Shown piece after piece: positions 1 through 13,680 of a stretch of 64,000 nt of DNA; the first letter of the stretch is position 1; each line of letters starts with the position of its first letter. Both the position numbers and the translations under genes were made by a program. A model generated the notes under the pieces. That model worked only from the letters and a program-made list of their open reading frames with translations. It was not told the origin of the DNA and did not search any database. This stretch comes from Eledone cirrhosa (lineage: Eukaryota): NCBI GenBank assembly GCA_964016885.1, contig OZ024742.1, positions 189,658,001 to 189,722,000 of the forward strand, written 5' to 3'.

Positions 1-780
1 CAGTGCAAGATGAAGCTATAAAACAAGGTGAGGAATGGAAAACATAGACAAGAAAGATATTCAAGCTAAATGCAGAATTTGTGGGGAGAAAGCAGTGATA
101 ATTGCCCATATCGTTTTAGAGAGTAAGCAGTTAGTCCAGAATGATAATAAAGAAGTCCGACATGATAAGGGCTACCATGTTGCACTGGAGCTTGTGTAAA
201 AAGTATGGATTTTCATGTGCAGAAAAAAAGCTATGTCACAAATCAGATGGGAGTGCGAGAGATTGAGGAAATAAAGTTCTTATGGGACTTTCCAATTCAG
301 ACAGAGATGATGATTGAACACAGAAAACCAGATATTGTAATTGAGAAGAAGGAACGAAACTGTACTCTCATAGATGTAGCATGTCCTTTTGACACCAGAA
401 TTGAACAGAAAAGAGAGAAAAAAGTAGGGACTTATACTGACTTAAAATATGAAATCTTGAAATGCTGCCATAATGAAGTGCAGACTATCACCATTGTCCG
501 AGTGGTGATTGTTGCTTTTGGTATGGTGACAAAGAACCTTGAAAACAACCATCGAAAATCGACTTTGCACCAGGGTTTGAACTACTCCCGAAGCCATGCC
601 TATTGGGAGCAACCTGAATATTGAGAAAAGTTCTGAACTACCAGCAGTAGAGAAACATTTAGGAATAATATGAAAAATTTGGAGTTACACTAAATTACTA
701 AATTATATTCCCTCAAATAACTGGCCCAAAGCAACATCAAAGCTGGTCATGATAAATAGTCAAATAACAATAATAACAAC
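1..780 (+). mobile_element. 3' fragment of an R4/Dong-like non-LTR retrotransposon (restriction-like endonuclease domain), decayed, ending in an (AAT)n array
   Basis: Translations give CRICGE..HI (zinc knuckle), RHD, WDFPIQT..HRKPDIVI..CTLIDVACPFD..K..Y, typical of RLE-type LINEs; frameshifted; (AAT)n follows at ~765-846. Confidence 0.8.
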
Positions 781-792
781 AACAATAATGAC

Positions 793-840
<48 letters not shown>

Positions 841-841
841 A

Positions 842-995
842 ATAATTGTTTCTACTTTAGGCACAAGGCCAGCAATTAACCAGTGCATTACTGGTACTTT
901 ATTTTATCGACCCCGTAAGGATGAGATTTGAACTCAGATCATAAAGGGACGTAACTATGCTGGAAAGCATGGTGTCCGACCCTCTACCGATACTG
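842..995 (-). mobile_element. tRNA-derived SINE family 1 copy, internally deleted
   Basis: Reverse complement matches the full-length copy at 4004-4200; flanked by AAT repeats. Confidence 0.8.
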
Positions 996-1189
996 AATAA
1001 TAATAATAATGATGGTTTCTGATTTAGGCAGAAGGCCAGCTTTTGGGGGGAGGGGAAGTTGATTAAATCGACTCCAGTGTGTCACTGGTGCTTCATTTTA
1101 TTAGCCCCATAAAGATGAAAGGCATGGATCGATTATAAGAATACTTATGATATGTCCCCCACTCATGGTTTGGGGAACGTTTAGATTTA

Positions 1190-2930
1190 GTTAAAGAGGT
1201 AGAAAACACCAAGATATTGTTGAAAAACTCAATAACAAACTAGAGAGTTGAGCTGACATCAGGAGATGTTTTAGGAGAATTTAAAGTAAGGGGAGGAATT
1301 TTTCAAGGAGACAGCTCATCACCTTTGATGTTTGTGATGGAAATGTTACCTGTGTCTATATTACTCAGGAATGTGAAATGCTGGTATTCATTAAGAAAAC
1401 AAAGATACACCTTCAATCATCGATTATTCATGAATGACCTCAAGTTATATGAGATAAACATGAACAAGATAGATTTACTGGTCCAAACAGTAAAATAGTT
1501 TAATGTGGACATTCACATGGAATTTAGGGTAGATAAACGCACCATAGTTAAAATTGTGAGGGGAAAGATAGTTAGCTCAGAAAGTATTCAATTACCTAAC
1601 AAAGAAGTTATTCATTCTTTGGAAGATGGAGAGATCTACAAGTACCTCAAAATACTTCAGGGTGACAAGTTAATTAACAAGGAAATGAAGAAAAAAGTCA
1701 CACAAGAATATATCAGAAGACTGAAGGTCATCGTGGGATAATAGCTTAAGGCTGGAAACATGATAACAGCAATGAACTCCTGAGCTGGGTCTATAATAAG
1801 ATATGGTACTGGAATCATTGATTGGACTCTTGCTGAACTCTTAGGAAAAAAAGAAAGTTGTTGAATATATATCAAGGCTTACACCCCCAGGCTGATGTTG
1901 ATCGACTTGATGTGAGATCAGAAGACAGGAAACGACTGATCAGCAGTGAAGAGATAGTTTCAGTTGAGAAAGTAAGCTTGAAAGAGTGTCTAGGAAAATT
2001 TCAAGAAAAGTTGTTAAAGGATCTCTTAAAGGAAAGGATCAATGATGGCAAAAGTCATTCAAAGAAATGGAAATCAAAATAGCCACAGAATGGAAGGTTG
2101 GCTTTGAAACAAAATCATTGCACTCAGTCTATGAAAAGAACACAAGAGATGTCAGAAATGATAAAGACACATGGATATTTGAAGAAAGAAACAGAGGGTT
2201 TGATTATGTATCAAAGTCAATGTGGATGTAGATAAGGTATCACATCACCACTTTATAGAATGAGTAGAAAGATGAATGAGACAATTAGGTATATTATCTA
2301 AAGATGTTCATAACTGGCTCAGAATGAATATTAAAAAAATAGAGACATGATACAATGGTAGCAGTAAAACATTGGCTATTATGTAAAGAGTTTGGTTTTA
2401 GTTGTAGTGAAAAATAGCATGACCACTTGGCAGATCTGCCAACCTCTAAAAACCCAAACATGGAGTACCATGAAAAAAAGTGCCCCGAAATGGAGACAAA
2501 TGAGGAAAAATGAGGAGATTTTACCTAATGAAAGCTATATCCATTTTCACCAAAACTGGAAGACGGGGTGAAATGAAAGAAAATGGGGAGATCTCCCCAT
2601 CAAACGGGGAGAGTTGACAGATCTGACTTGGTGACAAAAGAAATGAAAGTGCTGCAAATGATAGTCAAAATACTGTGAGATATTACAATACAAAGATTGA
2701 TCCCAACAAACTAGATATAGTGTTGATAATCAAGAAAGAAAAGAAGTGTTTGATTGTGAACATCAGCTGCCTTTTTGATGTGAGAATGTCATGAACCATT
2801 CGGAAGGTGACAAACTTCTAGAAAAAAGTAAAGCCCTTCATACCTACAATTACTGGTTTCGGTCTGCTATCAGTAAATTTGACCAAATTTTAGGATCATA
2901 TCTGAGATAAAGAGAAACAAAGATAATAAG
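1190..2930 (+). pseudogene. Decayed R4/Dong-like LINE (RT through RLE domain)
   Basis: GIFQGDSSSPLMF, LLFMNDLKLY, DIHMEFRVDK, YKYLKILQ and GLHPQADVDRL motifs, then RLE remnants; many stops and frameshifts. Confidence 0.8.
2431..2625. mobile_element. 195-bp MITE with 13-bp TIRs and a 6-bp TSD, inserted in the LINE
   Basis: TIRs CAGATCTGCCAAC / GTTGACAGATCTG (1 mismatch); ACTTGG at 2425-2430 and 2626-2631. Confidence 0.8.
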
Positions 2931-3124
2931 AATAACATTAATGATTGCTTCTGCTTTTATTAGCACAAGGCCAGCAATTTGAGGGGAGGGGAAAGTCAGT
3001 TATACTGACTCTAGTACATAACTGGTACTTTATTTTATCAACATCAAAATGCAAAACCAACACAAGCATTTTCTTGCTAAAGTAGGGGTTAGCTATACTA
3101 ACACCATGACAGATTTCATATTTA

Positions 3125-3305
3125 TAATTGTTTCTACTTTTGGTACAAGGCCAGCAATTATCCTAGTGCATTACTGGTACTTTATTTCATTGACCCCGTA
3201 ATGATGAAAGGCAAAGTTAACCTCAGCGGGATTTGAACTCAGATCATGAAGGGCCGTAACTCTATGCTGCAAAGCATAGCATCCAACCTTCTACCAATAC
3301 TGCCA
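3125..3305 (-). mobile_element. SINE family 1 copy
   Basis: Near full-length reverse complement of 4004-4200. Confidence 0.85.
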
Positions 3306-3736
3306 AAACAGCAATATTTACCAGCCAAATACCTTTCCTGGTGTTAATTCTTCTTGTTGCCTCTTACAACCTATAGGGTTAAGATGTACTCCTTAACTGG
3401 ATACACACAGAAAACTCTCAATATTTATTCTCTAAGAAAAAAATAAAATCATCTCTGAAAAATAAAGTCCTGAAACATAATCATATTCTATGGATTTAAT
3501 AGTAAATTATAAACATCTATATAAAGAAAGTAATGGCTTAAGGCAAACATCAAATTATTAGGAATAAATGATATTTTTATGCTTTTGCACATTAAATGGT
3601 TTCAGTTATAATGCGGCCATGCTGTGATACCATCTTCAAGAATTGGAGTACGGGGAATAATTTTATCAATCTCTATTTGTTGAGCTACTAGATTACAACA
3701 CATAAACAAGCCGTATTGTTTGTTGTGTCAATATAA

Positions 3737-3785
<49 letters not shown>

Positions 3786-4003
3786 ACTATATTATCTCTA
3801 CATTCCATAGGGGCATTTACACACATGCACACACACATACACACATTATCACTTTATGTCCACTTGGCACAGTGACATAACAGGCTGCCACCAATTTTCA
3901 GTCTCCCAAATTTCACTGAAAATACTTAGTTTCAAAGCAAAGTTCTTATGCACACGGCAATGCCTGCACCTATTAAATTGTTATTATTATTATTATTATT
4001 AGA

Positions 4004-4200
4004 ATGGTGCGATGGATTGGCAGCATAGGTAGAGGGTCGGACGCCATGCTTTCCAGCATAGTTACGTCCCTTTACGATCTGAGTTCAAATCCCGCCGAGG
4101 TTGACTTTGCCTTTCATCCTTACGGGGTCGATAAAATAAAGTACCAGTAATGCACTGGGTAATTGCTGGCCTTGTGCCTAAAGTAGAAACAATTATTATT
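4004..4200 (+). mobile_element. SINE family 1, near full-length reference copy
   Basis: Pol III A-box-like TGGCAGCATAGGTAGA, B-box GAGTTCAAATCCC, core GCCTTTCATCCTTACGGGGTCGATAAAATAAAGTACCAG, (ATT)n tail; many dispersed copies in the window. Confidence 0.88.
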
Positions 4201-4229
4201 ATTAGAATAAAGAAAGAATTATTATTACT

Positions 4230-4515
4230 ATTATTAATTTGATATCTCAGTCATTAATGCTATTTAACCAGAAAATTTGCCCTAATGAACATCAAGCTGC
4301 TACCTACATCCTCAGATATTCAGGATGTATTGGAGGGTCTTTGCTGTCCCCAGTAGGCATGTCTTCTGGGGTGTTCCAAAAAAAAGGGACTGGGCTAATG
4401 TTCTTTAACCAGCCTTGGAAGCTCTACGACATAGTACCTAGTGCTCCTATGATGATGTGGATGACCTTGATCATAATAGCCCCAAATCTTTACCAGTTCC
4501 CACTTTAGATCCTGG
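4230..4515 (-). mobile_element. C-terminal fragment of an RLE-type (R4-like) LINE
   Basis: Minus strand reads IKVIHIIIGALGT and CLLGTAK, followed by a TAA-rich tail. Confidence 0.6.
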
Positions 4516-4535
4516 TACCAGTTATTATTATTATC

Positions 4536-4762
4536 CTGGCAATGGATTGACAGTATCAGTAGAGCGTCAGACAATATGCTTATGGCATGGTATTACACCC
4601 CTTTACCATCTGAGTTCAAATCCTGCCGATGTTAGCTTTGCCTTTCATCCTGATGGTGTTGATAAAATAAAGTACCAGTCAAACACTGGGCTGTATTTAG
4701 TCGACTTTCCCCTCCCCCCAAATTGCTGGCCTTGTGCCTAAAGTAGAAAGATTATTATTATT
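4536..4762 (+). mobile_element. SINE family 1 variant
   Basis: Same head, core and 3' end, with an extra CTTTCCCCTCCCCCAAATT segment. Confidence 0.8.
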
Positions 4763-5181
4763 ATAAAAACCTCTTGAATATATTCAAGTGCTTCATTAAA
4801 AACATCTATAAAAGTTTTTCTATTTTCAAAATAATAATACTGAAGCAATCTAGAAAAACAAAACCCTTAAGCTAAAATATAACTCTGTTTACATAAATAG
4901 ATTTGTGTTCAATGTAGGTTTACAATTACTTTTGCATCAATATAGATGCCTCTATTTTATTGAATAATTTCTATTATGAATTATATTATTATAGCATATA
5001 AATAAAATATTATTGTATATATAAAATGTGTGAATATTAGGCATGGACATAGCTGTGTGGTTAAGGAGTTCCCTACACAATTACATGGTGTTTGGTACCT
5101 TTGGCAAGTGTCTGTTACTATTATAGACTCTGGTTGACCAATGCCTTAGAAGGAAACTGTGCAGAAGCCTGCCTTATATAT

Positions 5182-5220
<39 letters not shown>

Positions 5221-6064
5221 CTAGTAATAATAAAAAGGATGAGGTGTGACGTGCGTTTCACGATTGATCAGCTCAAGGCTCAATCTGTTTCAATCTATAT
5301 CGATCTGGCCCAACTCTGGATTCAAAAGCTTGTGTGTGTGTGTGTGTTCTTTACTCCTCTCTTCCGTACTTTTAGTCAAAAAGGGTGATAGACTAAAATA
5401 AAGGAAATCTCATTTAGTTGGTTTCGAACCTAAAACCATGTGGTTATGAAGCAAACCACTTAACCACACAGCTATGTCTGGATTTAGTAAAACATTAGTA
5501 TAATTTTCCAAATTACTACAACAACAATACCTTGATATTAAACCTCCTTTATTTTTTTTATCCCATCTGGAACTTAAATTAACCTAGGTTATTTTTCATA
5601 AATAATATCCATCAGTTAAACAACCTTACAGTAATTAGTTTAGGTCTGCTAGCTTCTAGATCAAAATACTGTTAATGCCTATACAAACTTCATTTTTTCT
5701 TATTCTAGGATAGCTAAAATAAGTACCAGTAATATATTAGTATCATTTTGAATTATTACATTTCTTCTCTGTACAAGTGTTTTGTATGTGTCTAGTCGAA
5801 AGAAATAATTATTATTAAAAATAATGTTTTGTATATTTTGTACATAAGATTTAAATTAGTAGTGAAGCAATAACCTAACAAATAGTTACAGCTGACTGCT
5901 GGAGTTAATTATGATTTTATGTTTAGGAATATAAATATTTGACATTTAATTAAAGTCAAATTTCTAATCTAATTTATTAATTTTTAATAAATCAATTCAC
6001 AGTTGTATAAATAACATTACAAATATTGATGGAAATATGAACGAAAAAGAAACAAAAGTAACAA

Positions 6065-7000
6065 ACAGAGGGGGTAAAGAAGGGCAGATCTACCTGTATA
6101 GGAAAGGAGGAAAATAGGCTATAAATGCCATAAATAAGAGGAAAAAAGGCGGAAAGCAAGGCCACAGAAGAAACGGAGGGGGTGATAGGCTCTATGCCTT
6201 GGGCGGAGCAGTGTTTTGGTTGCACCCTACGGACAAAACTGCAACGGTATTTCCACTGAGTGTCTGACTTTTATCATCATCAATATTTAATGCTAACTTT
6301 CACGGGTAGTAAAGGTTTGACAGATTGTCACTGCTACTGAACTCTCATATAGTCTGGGGGCTTGTATCTCACTTACAATCATGGCAACCTCTCAGATGAG
6401 CAAGGGACCCACATTTCAGATATATTTCCACATTCTACCAAGTATACTAGGTACATTTAATCATGACTCCAGTGTGAGGGTGGTTGTCATCTCTTTGACA
6501 CAGCTGAAGAATCATGCTGACCCTTTGTTTAGCAAATAAATAAAGGAAGTAAATTGGCAGAATCATTAGAGCATTGGCCAAAATGTCATGGGGCATCTAG
6601 CTCAAATCTCACCAAGGTTAACTTTGCCTTTCTTTTATCTGGGGGTCAATGAAATAAAGTACTAGTCTAATACTGCAGTTAATTAATCCACTAATATCTA
6701 TATAAAAATGATTATTCAGCAGCCCATCTAAGAAAGGATCCCCACAAGGTTGGGTGGCTGTGCAGTGGGTATCGCAGGCCATTTCCTGCAGAAATGCTTT
6801 TGCGGTTTTGTCCATGGGGCGCAGCCCCAACACTGCTGTGTCCTAGGCATAGAGCTCATCATCCTCTCCTGTTCTCCCTCCTTTTCTTCTGTGGCCCAAT
6901 AGTCCTTGCTTTCCCCTTCCTTTTCCTCTCATTTATGACATTTATAGTCCTTTCCGCTATTTCCCAAACAGCTAGATCTACCCTTCTTAACCCCTTCCTC
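6065..7000. repeat. Inverted pair of an unclassified ~200-bp repeat (about 6065-6260 and 6785-7000)
   Basis: GGCCACAGAAGAA/TTCTTCTGTGGCC, CTCTATGCCT/AGGCATAGAG, GGACAAAAC/GTTTTGTCC and TATAAATG-CATAAAT/ATTTATG-CATTTATA are reverse complements in collinear order. Confidence 0.75.
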
Positions 7001-7572
7001 ATATATAATCAGTTTTTTGTTACTGAAAATTACAACAACTTGCAGTAGAAGAGAAAATGTAAAACATGTTCAGAAAAAGTTTAAACTTATATAATCTAAT
7101 ACCCAGTTTTTAGAATAATACAAAATAATAATAATAATGATGATGATAATAATGGAGATTGATTGGGAGAAACATTAGAGAGTTAAACAAAATAGGACAG
7201 GGTATTTAGTTACAAATCTTTACATTTTGAATTCAAGAGTCATTTAAATCAACTTTAGTTTTTATCCTTCTAGGGTCTATAAAATAAAATACAAGCCATG
7301 TATTTTGATCTGTTTATAATAGGTACACAATATATCTGCATGTCGTAAGAGGTGATAAAAAGGAATGATGCTTGGAAGGACATCCAGCTGTAAAACATTG
7401 CCTCAAAAAAAGAACTCTCTGATGTGTATAAAGTTGATCATGTGGCCTGTAATTCTAACTCTTGGAAAAATTACCTTAAAATCTTGTCATTGTATTTACA
7501 TTTTGAGTTGAAATCCAGCTGATGTCCACTTTGCCATTTATCCTTTCAGTATTGATAAAATAAAGTACCTGT

Positions 7573-7860
7573 GGAGACATGTGACCTAGTGGTAAGGGTG
7601 TTGGACTTATCATCATAATGTTGTGGGTTCAATTCCTAGGCTGGTTTGCATGTTGTGTTCTTGAGCAAGACACTTCATTTCACGTTGCTCCAGTATACTC
7701 AGCTGAAACTTTAGTATCAGCAGTAGCTAAGGTTTAACTCTGTAATGGACTGGCATCCTATTCAGGGAGGTAGGTATTGTACTCTCAGTTGCTTCATCCC
7801 ATGAAACCAGGGTAAGCATTGGCCTAACAAGCCTTCTGGCTTAGGACAGACTTTAGACTC
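7573..7860 (+). mobile_element. tRNA-derived SINE family 2
   Basis: A-box-like TGACCTAGTGGTAAG, B-box GGTTCAATTCC, TTCTTGAGCAAGACACTT and TTGCTCCAGT..ACTCAGCTG core; homologous to 26610-26860, 25601-25760, 17690-17900 and 48485-48820. Confidence 0.8.
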
Positions 7861-8560
7861 AGAGACATGTATGGAGTCAGTTTAATCAAAAAACCTCACA
7901 CCCAAATTTTCTGGGCTGATGTGTATATTAGAAATAATTATTAGAAATAACCAAGGGAGGTAATTATTAGAGCATTGGACAAAATATCATATGGTATTAT
8001 GGCTTTTTACACTCTGAGTTCAAATCCTACAAAAGGTCAGCATTGCCTTTCATATTTCCAACAATCAATAAAATAAAGTATCAATCTAGTACTTGTATTG
8101 ATTTAATTGACTAACCTTTCTCCTCAATTTTCTAGACTTTTGCCTATGTTACACATAATCATTAGAAAAGCTAGCAATAGTACATAACCTATTTAAAATG
8201 GGTGATTTTATTTCATAGAACCAGAGCTGGTTTTGGCCGGATTGGTTAACCCTTACACGTGAAGCTTGATTAGGAAAAATAAAATTATTTTATAACTTTC
8301 GTGTCTAACTAGATGATTATATATATATACATATACATATGTATTATAAAAATATATTTTATATTTTATGAAAGAAAAATAGATCTTTCTAGTTGGCCCT
8401 TAATGAGGTTTTAATCTTTTTTACTCAATTCATTGAATTATACACTTTATCAAATGAAGAGCCAGAAGCTTTAAAATTAAAATCTTCTCAATTACTCTTA
8501 ATTCTGCTTTCACTTGTAAAATATCAGAACATATTGCCATTTTCTTTATTTTTTTACCAG

Positions 8561-8716
8561 CAAGGAGAAAATAAATCGAAAGAACCACCACCCTTCTCTT
8601 CATTATCATCATTATCATCATCATCATCATCATCATCTGAGGAAGGAGAAGAAGAAGAAGAAGAAGAAGACTCACAGGCAGATGACGAGCATGCCTCTTC
8701 AAAGAAAATGTTGTGA
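8561..8716 (+). CDS. Candidate terminal coding exon, Ser/Glu-rich (QGENKSKEPPPF...SSKKML*)
   Basis: Pyrimidine tract TTTTCTTTATTTTTTTACCAG, then an open frame to TGA; no TE similarity recognised. Half of it is TCA/GAA microsatellite, so support is weak. Confidence 0.3.
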   Translation, partial: QGENKSKEPPPFSSLSSLSSSSSSSSEEGEEEEEEEDSQADDEHASSKKML

Positions 8717-8899
8717 AGCACTTCATATTAGGATGTACACAGAGAAAGTAAAGAGACATCATTTTCAACACTTCTTATTCGGATAGAGAGGCTTATATGA
8801 TCAACAAACAGGATTTAAAGACTTTTAATAACAAGATTTGATCACCTCTCTTATTACTAACAACTTATTAATTACTATCCTCTCATCCACATCTACCTA

Positions 8900-9536
8900 G
8901 TTATATATATATGTGTATATGTATATGCATGTATATGTGTATGTATGTATGTATATGTATGTGTATGTATGTATATGTATGTATATATATACATATATAT
9001 ATATATGAATATGTATATATATGAATATATATATATATATATGAATATGTATGAATATGTATATATATGAATATATATATATATATAAAATATATATATA
9101 TATATGATATATGAATATGTATATATATATATATGAACATATATATATATATATCAGAAGATAGTCATATATGTGAATATATATACACAAGTAACTACAT
9201 GCTAGCTAATATATGTGCATGTATATATACATATTTCTGATAAGCAAAAATAAAAAAATAATAATAGCCAGCTACCATAATGAGAAGAAAAGGAAGGCAA
9301 TTCCACAATGATTCCATGCTTACCATTCTCATCACTTATTTTGAAAGACACACTACAAGTCATTATATTAGCTTTGAAAAGAATGTCTTCGATGTACGAC
9401 ATTGTATATATATATATGTATATATATATGTATATATGCTGTGTGTATACATTTGTATGTATCTGTATGTATATATCTATATCTATTTAGCTACATATAT
9501 ATAAATATACACATTACATTACACACAAACACATAC

Positions 9537-9581
<45 letters not shown>

Positions 9582-9984
9582 TATATATATATGCACTCAC
9601 ACACAAATATATCTAATGAAATATATACTGTATCCAATGAAACATTTTTTGTTTTCTATTTTCAAATTCTAAAACAAAACAAAAGACTAAAAATATATAA
9701 AAGAATATTTTAATAACTGTTGTCTTAAGTTTATGTGATGTGATCAAATAAATTAGTTGATCTAATACATCTATATGTATGAAGTCATTTAAAAATGTTG
9801 CATATTTAAAACTATAATTTGACTTTCCATAATAGTTATATGCACAACACAACATTTGTATGAAATCTGTGATTGCTTATATATATATATATATATATAT
9901 AATTATATATATATATATATATATCAATCATCATCATCATATATGTATATATATATGCATGTATCTATGTATTTATATATATAT

Positions 9985-10049
<65 letters not shown>

Positions 10050-10060
10050 TATATATATAT

Positions 10061-10115
<55 letters not shown>

Positions 10116-10146
10116 TATACGCGTATATATATGTATATATTATATA

Positions 10147-10203
<57 letters not shown>

Positions 10204-10239
10204 AATATTCAGTAAGAGTTAATAACTCTAACTTTCATT

Positions 10240-10270
<31 letters not shown>

Positions 10271-10280
10271 ATATTATATC
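8900..10280. repeat. Cluster of (TA)n, (TATG)n and (CA)n microsatellites
   Basis: Seen directly; source of the poly-YI pseudo-ORFs. Confidence 0.95.
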
Positions 10281-10828
10281 TGCCACATTTACTACACCTC
10301 TAACAGTTTTTTTGCCAAACATCATATCCAACTCATTTTTCCTCTATTTTAATTAATAATTATGAGGTTTTGTTGTCTTCTAAGCAGACATCCATCATCT
10401 AAAAAAGATTCTCATTTCATAATATATTTTCATTTTCATCAAAATATTTCTACAAAATACGAACATTTGCTTCTGTACTAGTATTGTTGATACTGTGGCT
10501 TAAAATTTTATGTAAATGTGAAAAGAACAATTCCTTTTAAGAAATCAAGAAATGTTGTTTATATGTTTTAGTGATATTTGTCTTTGGTATATATATATAT
10601 TGTGTATTAATTATTTTTTACTGATATTTTGAGATAAATTTATCTAAGTCACGTCTAATTTTTCTAAAGAATAAATACAACAATCAAGAACGAGCACTTT
10701 ATAATTACCTTTAGTATATATTTTAGTGTACTAACAATGCTATTCTAAATGTTTGCACAGTGTAATGTATGTAAGCTTTAAAAAGTTATTTTAATTGAAT
10801 AATGAATACTGTATATATGTATATTCAA

Positions 10829-10903
<75 letters not shown>

Positions 10904-12231
10904 AACAACTATGGTTTTTATATTCAATACATTAAAAGTACTCCTTAGAAATTCAACCATGATTTGCATATGAGTTATATTTTCTTAGTTGCAGAACTGA
11001 TTAAGAGCAATTTTTCAAGACAAAGTCGACAATATTTTTTTATACTGAAGATCTTTCATAATTATCATTGGCATTTGTATATTACATATACACGTATATG
11101 TATATATTGGTAGAAAATCAAAGTCAGACATGAATAAACATATTCACCTAGAATTATACACTCTATATTTCTATGACTATATTTTCAGAGGTCACACATT
11201 TGAAAACTTTAATAATTATGCTTTATAACAAACTTATTTTGTTTTTTACATATTTATATATTTAACAGATAAATTTAATATAAAAAACATTAGCATTACT
11301 TTTTATATATTTTTCTATGGTAACCAGATTACATAGTAAAAAAGATTAATATTAGAGATATATTTGATGTTTTTAAATAAGTTTTTTTTAGAATTTTGGA
11401 GAATGAAATATGATGGCTATATATTTATAAATTATTTACATATCTATCTAATAAATATTTTTTGAATTTAAAACCTATAAGACCTAGCCAAAAATTGGTC
11501 AAAATTTGTCATATCTATCTAAAGAATATTTTTGAATTTAAAACCACCAACTTAACTTAGCCCCCAAATTGTTCAAACCAGTGTAATATTGTGTCAAATA
11601 CTCTTGCATATTATATATATATATGTATATATACGTTAAAAACCAAAATGTACTACACACCCTGATGTCTTAACCACCTGAAGTGTGGTTAATGTATGTA
11701 ATGAAAATTTAATATAGATTCTATGTGGATTGAATTTGATGTATTTTTTTCTACATATTTGATTTGAACCTATTGTTTGCCATACATTGACAATATGCCA
11801 GAGAACACTGCCTGTTTCAGTATTTGTTTTTAATTTGTCAATAAATGGCAACTTTATATATAATGTACTCTTATTAGTATTTTTATTTTTATTATTAAAC
11901 TGTGAACAAATAACACTTTCCAATTGGATTTATTGTTTCATTTTAACTCTAGAATTTGTGATCTGTGATCTTCAATCTTTTGAAGAACATTACATAAAAT
12001 TCAAATGAATAAAATGCTTCCTTTTTTTTCAATTTTGTTTTGGCTTCATGATTTTTGTATATTGTCCTTTTCTCTTGTCACCACCAAACTCCATTTTATA
12101 TAATTTGCATAGATTTACTAATTTATGCCTTTGGGGATATATTCTCTTAAAGCAGAGAATGTTTCTGTTGAAATGTCACTCACATTGCCAAGCAAGTTAT
12201 CAACAAAGGAAATTTCTGCCATCTTCTAGAA

Positions 12232-12958
12232 CCGTGGTTCTCAAAATATTGAATATCGACCTCAGAGGGGTCACTGAGACCACCCAGGGTGTTGTCCCAT
12301 TTGTTTCAGAAATAAAAATACATAAAATAATTATTTCTTTTATTGGTTACTAGGGCCTGGCCTTAAATTAACACAACAAAATAAAACTTGCTTATGTAAG
12401 TTTCTGATTTATATCTATTTAGTCTTTATTCTCTGTATATCTTATATTCTGTTTAATGATTTATTTATTTATTTATATATTTTGTGCATGTTTGGGATGA
12501 ATGGGGTGGGGGTCAAAGTTTCTTGATAGTTTTGATGAAGAGTCAAGGATTCCATGAAGGAGGCAATGGTCTAAAACAGGGGCATGCAACAGGCAGCCCG
12601 CGGGCCATAATACAGCCTGCCAGACCAGTCACAGTGGCTCGCAATGAGCATTTTTAATTTTTTCCTTGTAGGGTTATTTAGAATTTTTTTCATAACCGTA
12701 ATACAATTTTCTGTTAGTTGACCTATACTAAAGGGCTTTACTGATAGGGTTATGTGTGTTATAATTTCCCAGTTCCATATTATTGGTCTTTATTGTTTAA
12801 AAATGTATTTACAATGTATTTATGACTCAATTTTCTGGTTTTCATTATATTACATGTTTTTGACAGTGACTGGCCCTAATAGTTGTTCCAATGTTCAAAA
12901 GAGGCCCGCCAATGGAATATATTGCACACCTCTGGTCTAAAACGTTTGGGGATCTGTG
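12232..12958. mobile_element. Old hAT/Charlie-like non-autonomous element hosting a nested MITE
   Basis: Starts CCGTGGTTCTCAA (CAGTGGTTCTCAA-like) and ends TTTGGGGATCTGTG; TSD not preserved. Confidence 0.45.
12577..12934. mobile_element. hAT-superfamily MITE
   Basis: TIRs CAGGGGCATGCAA / TTGCACACCTCTG, subterminal GGCCCGC motifs, perfect 8-bp TSD GTCTAAAA (12569-12576 and 12935-12942). Confidence 0.88.
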
Positions 12959-13600
12959 TACTTATTTGCCTAAGAAAATAACTTATAAGAAACTGTGCTC
13001 TAAATCTAGTTGCATTTAAATCCCTCAATTTTCATATTTTTCATTGGATATTTTTCAATCTTTCCACATTAAGATAAATATTGATCACTTTGTGAACTTT
13101 CTTTTCCTATATATGAAGAAACAATGGATTTATTTAACTTATATTATTTGTCATTATAAAAGACATAACATGTATATTCTTAAATCAATTTAACCCTTTC
13201 CTTACCATAATGTTATTGGAAGGCACTGTCTATGATTTTCAATTAATTTGGAAAATAATTAAAGCTTTGATTGGATTTATCTTAAATAAGTAAGCTTTTC
13301 ATTTATGAATGTTCTGTTTAGAACATAACAAAATTTTATTGAACAGGATTATGATACAAGGTTTAAATGTAAATATAAACACTTTAAAACAAACACCATT
13401 GAAAAATAAAACTAAGGGCTTTTTCAGGACAGTTCATGTCAGGAGGGTTAAATATAAAAACATCAACCAAATGTGATATATAAACATTTATTCTTTTATT
13501 TGTATATTCCTTTACTGGTACATATTCCATCAATTGCTTTTTATTGAACTAAGTTTTGGGACATAATCACAGATGCAGACACCCACATACATAAACCCAT

Positions 13601-13651
<51 letters not shown>

Positions 13652-13680
13652 AAAGAATAGAGGTGTAACACACAAGTTAT

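Noticed and set aside
8897-10215. Poly-YI/IH ORFs (also at 15667-16016, 19800-20561, 26765-27129, 48167-48530, 54258-54476)
   Set aside because: They are translations of (TA)n/(CA)n microsatellites, which lack stop codons.
11439-11545. ~36-bp near-tandem duplication (CATATCTATCTAA..ATATTTTTGAATTTAAAACC)
   Set aside because: An ordinary local duplication in AT-rich DNA with no further structure.
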